This document shows, in pieces, positions 36,845 to 45,199 of a stretch of DNA of 53,841 bases. The stretch spans positions 1-53,841 of the forward strand of contig CAKZNA010000122.1 in assembly GCA_937129355.1 (NCBI GenBank), written 5' to 3'. Under the pieces are notes generated by a model, which worked only from the letters and a program-made list of their open reading frames with translations, had not been told where the DNA came from and did no database searches. Made by a program: the position numbers and the translations under genes. Source of the DNA: an uncultured Sphingomonadales bacterium. GTDB lineage: Bacteria; Pseudomonadota; Alphaproteobacteria; Sphingomonadales; Sphingomonadaceae. Position 1 is the first letter of the stretch. The number at the start of each line of letters is the position of its first letter.

Positions 36845-38510
36845 TGATCGGCTCCTGCATTAACTGCCGAACGACCATCGCTGCCCGAGCAGAATCCTGC
36901 CGGACGAAATGGCGAACCAATTCTGCCCTAGCTTCGTAGCTAGGCGCCGCTTCGATCATTTCAATTGTGATCTCATCATTTGCAGCCCCCACTTTGCCGC
37001 CAGAACCATCTGTGGCCGTCAATAACTGCTGTTCGATCAGTTCTTGCGTTTCAGCAGTTTTTTTGCGTCGTTCGCGGATCACCTTGAGCAGAGGGCGACC
37101 AAGGAAAAAGAACAGGAGCAGAGCGACCAGAATCCCACCTACCTGCCTTGCCAAGGGTATAACCCAGGGCTGATCCCACCATGCCGGCATGACCGTTTCG
37201 GTCTGGACAAATGGGCGAGATGAAATAGCGACAACGTCGCCGCGCTCGGCACTATAGCCGACGGCGCCTTTGACGAGCTCTTCAATGGCTTTCAATTCGG
37301 CGGCACTGCGTGCCTTGCTGCCTTCTGGATCGCGCAATGCAACTGCAACGGTAAGGCGCTGCAGCCGACCATAGGGTTGATGCGTAACCGAAATTTCACG
37401 ACCAACATCAAAACTGCGCTTGTAGGTTTCGTTATTTTCACCGCCATTTCCGGCAGCATTCTGATTGTTGCCTGGGCGCTGGTCTACCGCTTGCGCGTTT
37501 TCAGGCGGCTGGTTCGCTAGCGCACCCGGAATACCAACAGCATCACGGCGCTCGTTGTTGCGAGTAGAGCGGCCTCCTTCTTCGCGTCGTAGGGCACGGT
37601 CATCGTTGGGGTAGGTTTCTCGCGTTGATTGGCTTTCGGAGAAATCAACAATGGCGCTGACTTCTGCGCTAAAGTGATTTTGGCCTACAATTGGTCCGAG
37701 CAATGTAGATAGAGCCTGACGATAACGCTGTTCAATTTGCATCTGCAATTCAAAATTGCGATTTGCGCTGTTGCTTGTGTCTTTTTGCGAAAGCAAAGCG
37801 CCGCTTTGATCTAAGATAGAAACTTCTTCCGGAGACATGCTGGGAACCGACGAAGCGACCAGATGCCGGATTGCGCGGACTTGCCCCGGCGCTAATGATC
37901 TTCCGGAATGGAGTGTCAGCATGACAGAAGCAGCCGGCTTCGCGCTTTCTCTTACAAAAACACTCGGTTCCGGCGTTGCTAGATGGATGCGTGCCGATTG
38001 TACCGCGTCAATGGCTTCGATTGTTCTAGAAATATCCGCTTCGCGTGCGCCGCGAAGGGTTTCGCCTTCGACCGCGCGACTGGATCCCATTGGCAATGAT
38101 GCGATTAATGCATCGCCGCTTGGCGCGGCTTTGGGAAGGCCCTGACTAGCAAGCATCATACGCGCACGATGCAGTTGATCTTCGTCGACCTGAACGGTTC
38201 CAGAGGAGCGATCAATCGAATAGTCGATTCCGGCGGATTGCAGTGCTTCTGCAATCGCTCCCTTATCGGTATCGTTTAATCCCTGATATATAGGTAGCTG
38301 TGCTGGCGACTGTAAACTCCACCATGCTGTGCCCGCTATTCCTATGGCACCGGCAAATAGCAAAAGCGGCATTGCTTTTTGTACAGCAGGCTGCAAGCCC
38401 AATGACTTCAGACGGCTCAAGCTTCCAGACAGAGGTGCGCCCTGCCCGGTGCCAGAGCTGTTAAACGCTGTTCCGCTATTATCGGGTGCAAGGATTTCTT
38501 GTTCAGCCAT
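36834..38510 (-). CDS. fliF: MS-ring protein FliF
   Basis: two TM; ARMMLASQGLP, ARIHLA, ASVML, LVASSVP, GIPGALANQPP, RGDVVAI. Confidence 0.96.
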   Translation of the reverse strand: MAEQEILAPDNSGTAFNSSGTGQGAPLSGSLSRLKSLGLQPAVQKAMPLLLFAGAIGIAGTAWWSLQSPAQLPIYQGLNDTDKGAIAEALQSAGIDYSIDRSSGTVQVDEDQLHRARMMLASQGLPKAAPSGDALIASLPMGSSRAVEGETLRGAREADISRTIEAIDAVQSARIHLATPEPSVFVRESAKPAASVMLTLHSGRSLAPGQVRAIRHLVASSVPSMSPEEVSILDQSGALLSQKDTSNSANRNFELQMQIEQRYRQALSTLLGPIVGQNHFSAEVSAIVDFSESQSTRETYPNDDRALRREEGGRSTRNNERRDAVGIPGALANQPPENAQAVDQRPGNNQNAAGNGGENNETYKRSFDVGREISVTHQPYGRLQRLTVAVALRDPEGSKARSAAELKAIEELVKGAVGYSAERGDVVAISSRPFVQTETVMPAWWDQPWVIPLARQVGGILVALLLFFFLGRPLLKVIRERRKKTAETQELIEQQLLTATDGSGGKVGAANDEITIEMIEAAPSYEARAELVRHFVRQDSARAAMVVRQLMQEPINGD

Positions 38511-38513
38511 CTA

Positions 38514-38867
38514 CTATACCGGCATATTCATAATGTCGCGGTAAGCAGTGAGCAGCTTATTGCGCACTTGCAGGGTCGCTTCAAAACCAACAGAGGCTTT
38601 TTGCCTTTCGACCATGACTTGCACAATATCGTTGGTGTCGCCGCGTTCATACGCGGATGATAGTGCGCCTGCTTTACTCTGCTGGGCATTTACGGCCTGC
38701 AACGCATCAACCATCGTTTTTCCGAAATCGCCTGAAGCGGCACCCTTCGCATCAACGCCGGCGATAACGCCCGCGTCGCCAGTACCAGCCGCTTTTTGCA
38801 ACGCTGAATTCTGGCTCAGAATGGATGAGCGCATCTGCAGTAATCGATTTTGGTCGATCGTCGACAT
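38514..38867 (-). CDS. fliE: FliE
   Basis: VMVERQKASVGFEATLQVRNKLLTAYRDIMNMPV. Confidence 0.95.
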   Translation of the reverse strand: MSTIDQNRLLQMRSSILSQNSALQKAAGTGDAGVIAGVDAKGAASGDFGKTMVDALQAVNAQQSKAGALSSAYERGDTNDIVQVMVERQKASVGFEATLQVRNKLLTAYRDIMNMPV

Positions 38868-38920
38868 GATGTCTTGGGTCCTGTATTAGCTGGGGGTGAA
38901 GTTACCCACGCCAACCAAGA

Positions 38921-38936
38921 AGCAAGCATCGTGCCA
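38921..38936 (-). promoter_or_regulatory. sigma54 promoter for the fliE operon
   Basis: minus strand TGGCAC-GATGC-TTGCT with AT-rich upstream tract. Confidence 0.87.
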
Positions 38937-38999
38937 TTTTCACTATTTTCAATCATATCACTGATAAATATATATTAATTATCAGATTTGGATATGAGT

Positions 39000-39013
39000 G
39001 CCAAAAAAATGAC
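39000..39013. promoter_or_regulatory. putative FleQ-type enhancer box for the fliE promoter
   Basis: GCCA-AAAAAA-TGAC, ~65 bp upstream of the -24 box. Confidence 0.45.
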
Positions 39014-39023
39014 AGGTATTTTA

Positions 39024-39050
39024 TAAAGTAACCGCGAAGCTGGTCGTTTC
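39024..39050 (+). promoter_or_regulatory. sigma28 promoter for fliC
   Basis: TAAA-N15-GTCGTTTC. Confidence 0.78.
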
Positions 39051-39113
39051 AGGTTCCGAGGCTGCTCACAAAGTGGGGTCGCCCATGTAGGCATTATGCT
39101 GAAAGGAACTGAA

Positions 39114-39926
39114 ATGACTGTAATTAATACCAATGTAAGTGCGCTTCGCGCACAAAATAGCTCGCGCATGGCAAATGAGATGCTGGGCCAGGCGATGGAA
39201 AGACTGTCGAGCGGCAAACGCATCAACAGCGCAAAAGACGATGCTGCGGGTCTTGCTATCGCAACGCGTATGGACGCCAAAGTTCGTGGTTTGAACCAGG
39301 CCGTTCGTAACGCCAACGACGGCATCTCACTGGCTCAAACGGCCGAAGGCGCGATGGGAGAAATTTCCAATATTCTCGTTCGTATGCGCGAACTAGCTGT
39401 TCAGTCCGCCAACGGCACGGCTGCAGCTTCTGATCGCACCGCGATCCAGACTGAAGCAACTGCGCTGCTTAGCCAGATTGGCGATATTGCAGGCCGGACC
39501 GACTTTAACGGTACCAATTTGATTAATGCCGCCGGCACATTCAGCATTCAAACCGGTGTTGAGTCCGGTGAAACCGTTGATATTGCTTTCACATCGATGA
39601 ATGCCACGGGTTTGGCCGTCAACGCTGTTGATTTGTCGACAGCCGCTGGCGCGAGTACCGCAATGGGCCTTCTGGATACGGCAATCGATACGGTTGCGAC
39701 CCAGCGTGCAAATGTTGGTGCTGCCCAGAACCGGTTGGAAGCGACCGTCAACAATCTGACATCGACCGCGACCAATCTAACCGAGGCCAAGTCGCGCATT
39801 GAAGATACAGATTTCTCTGCAGAGTCGACGAAATTGGCTGCATCGCAAATTTTGAGCCAAGCATCCACTGCGATGCTATCGCAGGCCAACCAGAGCCAGC
39901 AGGGCGTTCTAAATCTACTTCGGTAA
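39114..39926 (+). CDS. fliC: flagellin (270 aa, D0/D1 only)
   Basis: [49 protein letters not shown]; start 39114 after AAGGA. Confidence 0.97.
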   Translation: MTVINTNVSALRAQNSSRMANEMLGQAMERLSSGKRINSAKDDAAGLAIATRMDAKVRGLNQAVRNANDGISLAQTAEGAMGEISNILVRMRELAVQSANGTAAASDRTAIQTEATALLSQIGDIAGRTDFNGTNLINAAGTFSIQTGVESGETVDIAFTSMNATGLAVNAVDLSTAAGASTAMGLLDTAIDTVATQRANVGAAQNRLEATVNNLTSTATNLTEAKSRIEDTDFSAESTKLAASQILSQASTAMLSQANQSQQGVLNLLR

Positions 39927-39948
39927 TTTAACCGTTCTTTTTTGAAAT

Positions 39949-39988
39949 GCAAAAACCCTCTGGTGTGAGAACATCAGGGGGTTTTTGC
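39949..39988 (+). terminator. rho-independent terminator after fliC
   Basis: GCAAAAACCCTCTGGTGT-GAGA-ACATCAGGGGGTTTTTGC hairpin with G-U pairs and T tract. Confidence 0.85.
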
Positions 39989-40116
39989 CATGCAGAAATT
40001 ATGGCATCCAAAACTGCTCGGACTTTCTAAACCACCGCCACTGCTGCATTCCTAAAATAGCCATTGCTTTTCCGGCATAACTGGTTAGGCGTAGTAATTC
40101 TCGGGGGAGAGGTCGC

Positions 40117-40593
40117 ATGAATACAGAGCAATTAGCTGCTCTAAAATCTTTGTTAGATTCCGCAGTTTCATCAATTGATGAGTCGACAGAAAAGACTAAC
40201 AAAATATTGAATGAACTTCTCGATACTGTGATCAGATTGCGACGATTACGCAATTCCGTTTTTCCTGCGAACTATTTTGCTGATACCGCTTGGGATATAC
40301 TTCTTGATTTATACGAAGCGAAAATCGAGAATAACACTCTATGCACTACCGCTCTGGCTGTAGATTCCGCTGCGCCTTTGGCGACGGTCCTGCGTTATCT
40401 GAAAACACTGGAGAAGGATGGGTATATTGAGCGTTTCGCGGACGATCAGGACGGCAGAAGAACAATGGTTCAGCTTACCGAAAAAGGCGAAAAAGCTATG
40501 CAAGATACCTTTTCGCAATCGCTGTCTAGAAGAAGTCCTGATCTAATCCGGCCATTTCAGGTTGAACATTTGGCGGGCGACACCACTCAGTGA
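40117..40593 (+). CDS. MarR-like winged-helix DNA-binding protein
   Basis: FADTAWDILLDLY, ATVLRYLKTLEKDGYIER, DQDGRRTMVQLTEKG; GGAGAGG RBS. Confidence 0.85.
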   Translation: MNTEQLAALKSLLDSAVSSIDESTEKTNKILNELLDTVIRLRRLRNSVFPANYFADTAWDILLDLYEAKIENNTLCTTALAVDSAAPLATVLRYLKTLEKDGYIERFADDQDGRRTMVQLTEKGEKAMQDTFSQSLSRRSPDLIRPFQVEHLAGDTTQ

Positions 40594-40739
40594 TCGGTTT
40601 CACCGGTACTTTCAATTATAGCCAAAGCTTCACTTATACGTATCGCGGCCAGATCAAGTTTCAGCTGATCAGCCATTTTCAAGGATTCCCGAAGCAGCGT
40701 TACAAGCTCTAACTGTTGTTTGTCTTCAGAAAAGTCCAT
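40587..40739 (-). CDS. unannotated 50-aa helical protein
   Basis: hand translation MDFSEDKQQLELVTLLRESLKMADQLKLDLAAIRISEALAIIESTGETDH; GGAATAGAGAG directly upstream. Confidence 0.6.
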   Translation of the reverse strand: MDFSEDKQQLELVTLLRESLKMADQLKLDLAAIRISEALAIIESTGETDH

Positions 40740-41131
40740 CTCTCTATTCCCGATCACCCCGTTTTGAGTCGCGATATGCAGCAGTTTGCTGTAAATGCAA
40801 CAAGCTTAATATATGCTGTCTCATTTGAGCATGCGTTTGTCATACTGGCCTCAAAAAATATGGAGATTCTGTATGATCATTCCCAACTTCGTTTCTTTGA
40901 AAGACGGATTTTGATGCATGGAGTTAAATTTTTTAAGTTGATCGAGTGTTGTCGCATAATCCTAGATCCGTAAGGCATTGAAAAAATTACCAACCTTTTC
41001 TTTCAGCAAGATATAGTCCCTAGCGTCTTCTTTTTTCCATTTTCCAAAGTCAGGATGTGTGAGCTTTGCATCAATCGAGACATATTAATTTTTCCATCAC
41101 GCGAGATCAAATGCCAATGTGAAATAAGCTG

Positions 41132-41158
41132 TAAAATATCTGGAGGAAATGTCGTTTC
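41132..41158 (+). promoter_or_regulatory. sigma28 promoter for the GGDEF gene
   Basis: TAAA-N15-GTCGTTTC, identical boxes to the fliC promoter. Confidence 0.65.
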
Positions 41159-41196
41159 TTCAATTACCATTGAATAGTAGTAGAGCGCGTTTCGTG

Positions 41197-42267
41197 ATGG
41201 CAGGCTGGGAAATAGATCGGTTTTGGAAATCGTTGTTGCGGCGGTTTGGCGGTCGTGACGTTTCTAGCCGTGACGAATATGGTGCAAAGAAGTCTCTCGG
41301 CACACTTGATGTCGTTGTAGATTTTTTGGAGCGCCATAGCATTGATCCAAACCCTACCAACTATGAGTTGGTTTACCGTCAACAGATATCGCATGAATCT
41401 GGATTGGATCTCATAGTTGACAAGTTGATTGTTAATGGACGTGTGGAAGGGCCGTTGCCGAAGAACCAGGAGGCTGTTTTTGAAAGCGGGTTGAGCGAGA
41501 TCGCAGACTTTGCTCATACGCAGCTGAAGGCGATTGAACTTATTGTGGGTCAATCGAAACAGGATGCCAAAGGTTTTGGTGATGCGTTACAGCAGGAGAC
41601 GGCCAGCGTTAACGACAATACGTTGGACCCAAAATTCATAGGTAGCTTACTCAGCATGACCCGCACAATGATCAATAAAACGAGAGCTGCCGAGGAAAAA
41701 CTTAAATCCCGCGAGAAGGTAGTAAATGAACTCCAGCATTCGCTGGCAGATGCAAAATCTCGCGCCGATACCGATGCACTTACCGGGTTGTCGAACCGAC
41801 GTGCTTTTGAAAGAGAGTTAGGCGCAGCATGTGAGCGTGCGGAATTGGGCAAAGTAGAATTATCCCTTGCCATATGTGATATAGATCATTTCAAATCCAT
41901 CAATGATAACTACGGTCATGTCACCGGCGATCGTGTGCTGCAGTTGGTCGGAGAAATACTGCGCGAAAATTGTGATGCATATGGACAGGTTTTTCGGTTT
42001 GGCGGTGAAGAATTTGTTATATTGTGCGAAGGATATACCGCTAACGATACTGAAACGTTTGTAGAGGCGTCCCGCTTGGATCTTGTCAGCCGCAAGATTG
42101 TAAAAAAAGAAACCAAACAGAATTTGGAGAAATTGAGCTTTTCAACCGGCATATGCGAATATAAACATGCCGGGTCCGCCGAAGCATTGCTTAAGTTAGC
42201 TGATAAGTCCCTGTACAAAGCTAAGGCAAATGGACGTAATCTGACCTTGATCGCTGGAAATTCTTAG
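41197..42267 (+). CDS. cytoplasmic diguanylate cyclase (GGEEF)
   Basis: DALTGLSNRRAF, DIDHFKSINDNYGH, RFGGEEF, ADKSLYKAKANGRN; helical N-terminus; start 41197 preferred (41149 lies inside the promoter). Confidence 0.9.
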   Translation: MAGWEIDRFWKSLLRRFGGRDVSSRDEYGAKKSLGTLDVVVDFLERHSIDPNPTNYELVYRQQISHESGLDLIVDKLIVNGRVEGPLPKNQEAVFESGLSEIADFAHTQLKAIELIVGQSKQDAKGFGDALQQETASVNDNTLDPKFIGSLLSMTRTMINKTRAAEEKLKSREKVVNELQHSLADAKSRADTDALTGLSNRRAFERELGAACERAELGKVELSLAICDIDHFKSINDNYGHVTGDRVLQLVGEILRENCDAYGQVFRFGGEEFVILCEGYTANDTETFVEASRLDLVSRKIVKKETKQNLEKLSFSTGICEYKHAGSAEALLKLADKSLYKAKANGRNLTLIAGNS

Positions 42268-42338
42268 GCTCCCCTTTCCTAAAGTTGTACAATCCTGTAG
42301 GATCAAGCGGTATAACATTCTGTGTGGTGGGGTGTTTC

Positions 42339-42896
42339 ATGCTCGAAACAGACGTAATTTCGCAATGTGAAAAATTGACTGAAGCGCAACAAGACTGTTT
42401 GCGGCACGTTGCCATGCTTATGTCATCCAAAGAGATCGCTCGGATTCTCCACATTTCCCATCATACCGTCGATCAAAGACTAAAGCGCGCGCAACAAATA
42501 CTGGGTGTGTCAACGCGCGCAGAAGCTGCGCGGCTTTTTGCAGCCTTTGAAAATTCAAGTAATTTTTCAAGCGGCATGTACGGCAATTTGGTATACGGAA
42601 GTTCGGAGCTTCCACCAGCGCGCTATTCTCGCAATCTAAGCGCGTCAGTTGATGAACCGAGCCCGTTCGCTGACAGCGGTACAAATCAGTTGCAAGAAGA
42701 GCAGGCGATGTTTTTTCAAGATGCGCCTTCAGTCGACAAGCAACCCGCTTTTCTGTCGGCTCTGCTTGAAACTGGTAGGGAAAATAATTTATCGATTCCG
42801 GTAAGGATAGCCATAATAGCCTCTATAGTGGTATTTTCTATATTGGCGTTTAGTGCTTTGGTCAGCATAGCTGAAGGCCTTTCTAGGTTATCATAA
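42339..42896 (+). CDS. LuxR-type HTH regulator with C-terminal transmembrane anchor
   Basis: LTEAQQDCLRHVAMLMSSKEIARILHISHHTVDQRLKRAQQILGVSTRAEAAR; C-terminal IAIIASIVVFSILAFSALVSIA; start 42339. Confidence 0.85.
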   Translation: MLETDVISQCEKLTEAQQDCLRHVAMLMSSKEIARILHISHHTVDQRLKRAQQILGVSTRAEAARLFAAFENSSNFSSGMYGNLVYGSSELPPARYSRNLSASVDEPSPFADSGTNQLQEEQAMFFQDAPSVDKQPAFLSALLETGRENNLSIPVRIAIIASIVVFSILAFSALVSIAEGLSRLS

Positions 42897-42964
42897 TTCT
42901 TCTTTTTCTCCAGTGAATAGAAATTGAACAACCGCAATATTTTGCAAGTTGTTGGAGATAAATT

Positions 42965-43339
42965 ATGCTTAGAAATCGTATGGCTGCGGCAAAAGATGTT
43001 GCAGAAAAACTAGTCGCCCTGGAATCTGCGATTGATGATGCCCTGTTATGTGCGGCGGAATTGTCGTTATCTGCTTCAAAGGGGCGCAAGACAGCAAATA
43101 TTTCAGCTATGGTTGGGCAAGACGCGCTCAATAGTACCGCCAAAACATATGCGTCGCTAATGGAGGCGCGCTCGCAAATTGTTGATGCACATGGTGCCTA
43201 TGCTGATGTAAGAGACCAAATCGGCTTGCGGACCTTTGCTGGCGGAATGTACGGAGATTGCGTTGAAGGCAAGATTGGCGCCGCGAATGAAGAAGAAGCG
43301 GCAACGCCTATCATCTATTCAGCTTCGAAAGCTGCCTGA
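42965..43339 (+). CDS. hypothetical Ala-rich helical protein (124 aa)
   Basis: GGAG RBS; two amphipathic helices around central VGQDA, then GLRTFAGGMYGDC tail. Confidence 0.8.
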   Translation: MLRNRMAAAKDVAEKLVALESAIDDALLCAAELSLSASKGRKTANISAMVGQDALNSTAKTYASLMEARSQIVDAHGAYADVRDQIGLRTFAGGMYGDCVEGKIGAANEEEAATPIIYSASKAA

Positions 43340-43399
43340 CAAAATTTGGTGTGCCGATTAATTGTTGACGGACTAGTAGGTGCATGATGTGTAGATTGT

Positions 43400-43822
43400 A
43401 TGATAACCTACTTTTTTGCGTCTCTGCATCTGATCGCGCTAGTTTTTGCGGTCAGGAATGGTGATCGTCAAATTTGGCTTGCGTTCTTTGCAATGTCAGC
43501 ATCATTTTTGGGCACACCAATTTTACTCTACGTAAATGACACCAATTGGTTGGACACTCAATCTGGAATACTAATCCTAGATTTTTGTGTGTTTTCTATA
43601 CTTCTTGGATTAGCATTAAGGAGCAAAAGGTTTTGGCCTTTACCCATAGCGGCGTTGAGCGCTATTCCAATACTCACCCATTTCATTCTTCCCCTGGGGA
43701 AAAACTTGGAATCGGCCGGCATAAATTTGACGCAGGGCCTTTGGGGGTTTCCTCAATTGGCAATTTTGATTCTCGCGGCAACGCGAAGTTCCCAAAAAAC
43801 AAGAACAAAACTGAGGAAATAG
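43400..43822 (+). CDS. hypothetical integral membrane protein (~5 TM)
   Basis: five hydrophobic segments; LALRSKRFWPL loop; D61 and H94 within or at TM segments. Confidence 0.78.
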   Translation: MITYFFASLHLIALVFAVRNGDRQIWLAFFAMSASFLGTPILLYVNDTNWLDTQSGILILDFCVFSILLGLALRSKRFWPLPIAALSAIPILTHFILPLGKNLESAGINLTQGLWGFPQLAILILAATRSSQKTRTKLRK

Positions 43823-43830
43823 AAATTTTT

Positions 43831-44415
43831 ATGGAATTGATGTTGAATGCATCAATTGAGAATTTTGACCAAATCGCACAAGACTTGTTCGGTCGTTTCG
43901 GTAGTGTTGCCGATGCACTCTACTTTTTTCAGGCAGAAGATGCAAAAATTGATGGTGTGGATGGTAAGGTCAGCGGTCTCTTTAAATCGATCGCACAAGT
44001 AGTTTCATCCGGCTTGCGTTCTCAAGCACTCTCCAAGCCGCTTATTTCCTCATCGAAAGCGCTGCATGATTATTTGCGTTTCACAATGGCCGGACTTCAG
44101 CGCGAAACTGCTCGCGTTCTTTTCCTAAATGGCGAGAATCGACTTCTTGCTGACAAAGTAGCAAGCATTGGGTCTGTGAACCACGTGCAGATCTATCCGC
44201 GAGAAATCGTAAAAGAAGCTCTCCTGCACAATGCCACAGCATTAATTCTTGTGCACAATCATCCTTCTGGAAATATCGAGCCGAGCAGGTCTGACATTCT
44301 TGTAACCAATAAGTTGAAGCGCGTTTGCGAGTTTCTTGAACTTACTTTGCATGATCACCTTATCGTATCGAAAACGGGCGTTAGTAGCCTCAGGGCCGCC
44401 GGCCTATTCAAATAA
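43831..44415 (+). CDS. RadC-like JAB-domain protein
   Basis: RETARVLFL, GSVNHVQIYPREIV, VHNHPSGNIEPSRSD, LHDHLIV; start 43831 avoids a long overlap with the TM gene. Confidence 0.88.
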   Translation: MELMLNASIENFDQIAQDLFGRFGSVADALYFFQAEDAKIDGVDGKVSGLFKSIAQVVSSGLRSQALSKPLISSSKALHDYLRFTMAGLQRETARVLFLNGENRLLADKVASIGSVNHVQIYPREIVKEALLHNATALILVHNHPSGNIEPSRSDILVTNKLKRVCEFLELTLHDHLIVSKTGVSSLRAAGLFK

Positions 44416-44447
44416 AAAAGGCCAATGGCTGACAGGGGTATACAATT

Positions 44448-44744
44448 ATGGATTTAAGAGAGTTTGGAGATCTGCTCGATAAATTTGAGTCGGTTTTAGA
44501 GGGAGCGCACAATAAAAATGTTCCGATCTATATTTTAATAGAAGCAATAATTTCAGGCGAACCAATTTATGAATCAAAAGTTCTTTCTATTACAAAATTA
44601 GAGAATACATCAGATGATATTATCCGTAGATATATATTAGCAATGGAAAAAAGAGGTATATTACAGTTTGGAGAAAGTGATCCAAAACTTGGAAAGTTGC
44701 TGATTCTAGATCGCAACCAAACTCTGTCCGTTCTAAGCGAATAA
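44448..44744 (+). CDS. AT-rich hypothetical, probable divergent winged-helix protein
   Basis: 98 aa; DIIRRYILAMEKRGILQ resembles TVLRYLKTLEKDGYIE of the 40117 protein. Confidence 0.55.
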   Translation: MDLREFGDLLDKFESVLEGAHNKNVPIYILIEAIISGEPIYESKVLSITKLENTSDDIIRRYILAMEKRGILQFGESDPKLGKLLILDRNQTLSVLSE

Positions 44745-44915
44745 ATGTACAAGCTTCATCGTTCGACCAGCGCATACAAGCCATGCGATGCAGCCCTCAA
44801 ATCGTTTGAAGCATATTAACGCAACTGCTTCTACGAGTTACCAACGCAACCAATCTTAATTTCTGCCAGTGCTCGCTGCAGTTGGCTGAGTCTAGTGTGC
44901 CTCAAGACGGCAGAG

Positions 44916-45131
44916 TTCCCTGATGACTTATAAATATCCCTGTTCGGCCAAATCAATTCCCTGATAGTCCATTTAGGGAACTTGCACCTGAAACAGAAAG
45001 AAATGCTTGCATTCGCGCTTGCCCAAACGGCCAAATTTACTCAAAAACCACAAAATTCCCTGTAAATTCCCGTAGAACAGAGAAATTTGCTACAGAGACT
45101 GGTTCGCTGCTAACTGCAACCGTCACCACCA
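44916..45131. mobile_element. putative integrative-element end (att-like region)
   Basis: (T/A)TCCCTG at 44916, 44936, 44957 plus inverted TAGGGAA 44974; TTCCCTG 45056, TTCCCGT 45067, inverted CAGAGAA 45078; then GGTTCG (45101) ... CACCACCA (45124-45131); composition changes across it. Confidence 0.5.
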
Positions 45132-45158
45132 CTTTCTTGATATTGACAGATTCTCTGT

Positions 45159-45180
45159 ACCTTACCAGCGGCGGTAAGGT
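45159..45180. terminator. hairpin downstream of the acyl-CoA ligase gene, possible terminator
   Basis: ACCTTACC-AGCGGC-GGTAAGGT, 19 nt past the minus-strand stop; no clear U tract. Confidence 0.4.
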
Positions 45181-45199
45181 CGGCGCAGGAGAGATCGGC

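Noticed and set aside
40716..40973. 85-aa plus-strand ORF
   Set aside because: TTG start, no RBS or motif, overlaps the better-supported 50-aa minus-strand ORF
43546..43830. Long N-terminal extension of the RadC ORF in the ORF track
   Set aside because: Overlaps the 5-TM gene in another frame and looks non-proteinlike; ATG 43831 fits better
44426..44437. 12-mer TGGCTGACAGGG shared with 4348-4359, suggesting sRNA pairing to the 44448 RBS
   Set aside because: Dozens of chance 12-mer matches are expected in 54 kb; no further complementarity
44916..45084. Short repeats considered as a CRISPR array or replication iterons
   Set aside because: Units are only 7 bp, some inverted, with no cas or rep gene nearby
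45095..45131. Possible tRNA gene (GGTTCG...CCA)
   Set aside because: No cloverleaf, D-arm or anticodon arm can be folded; treated only as an att-like remnant
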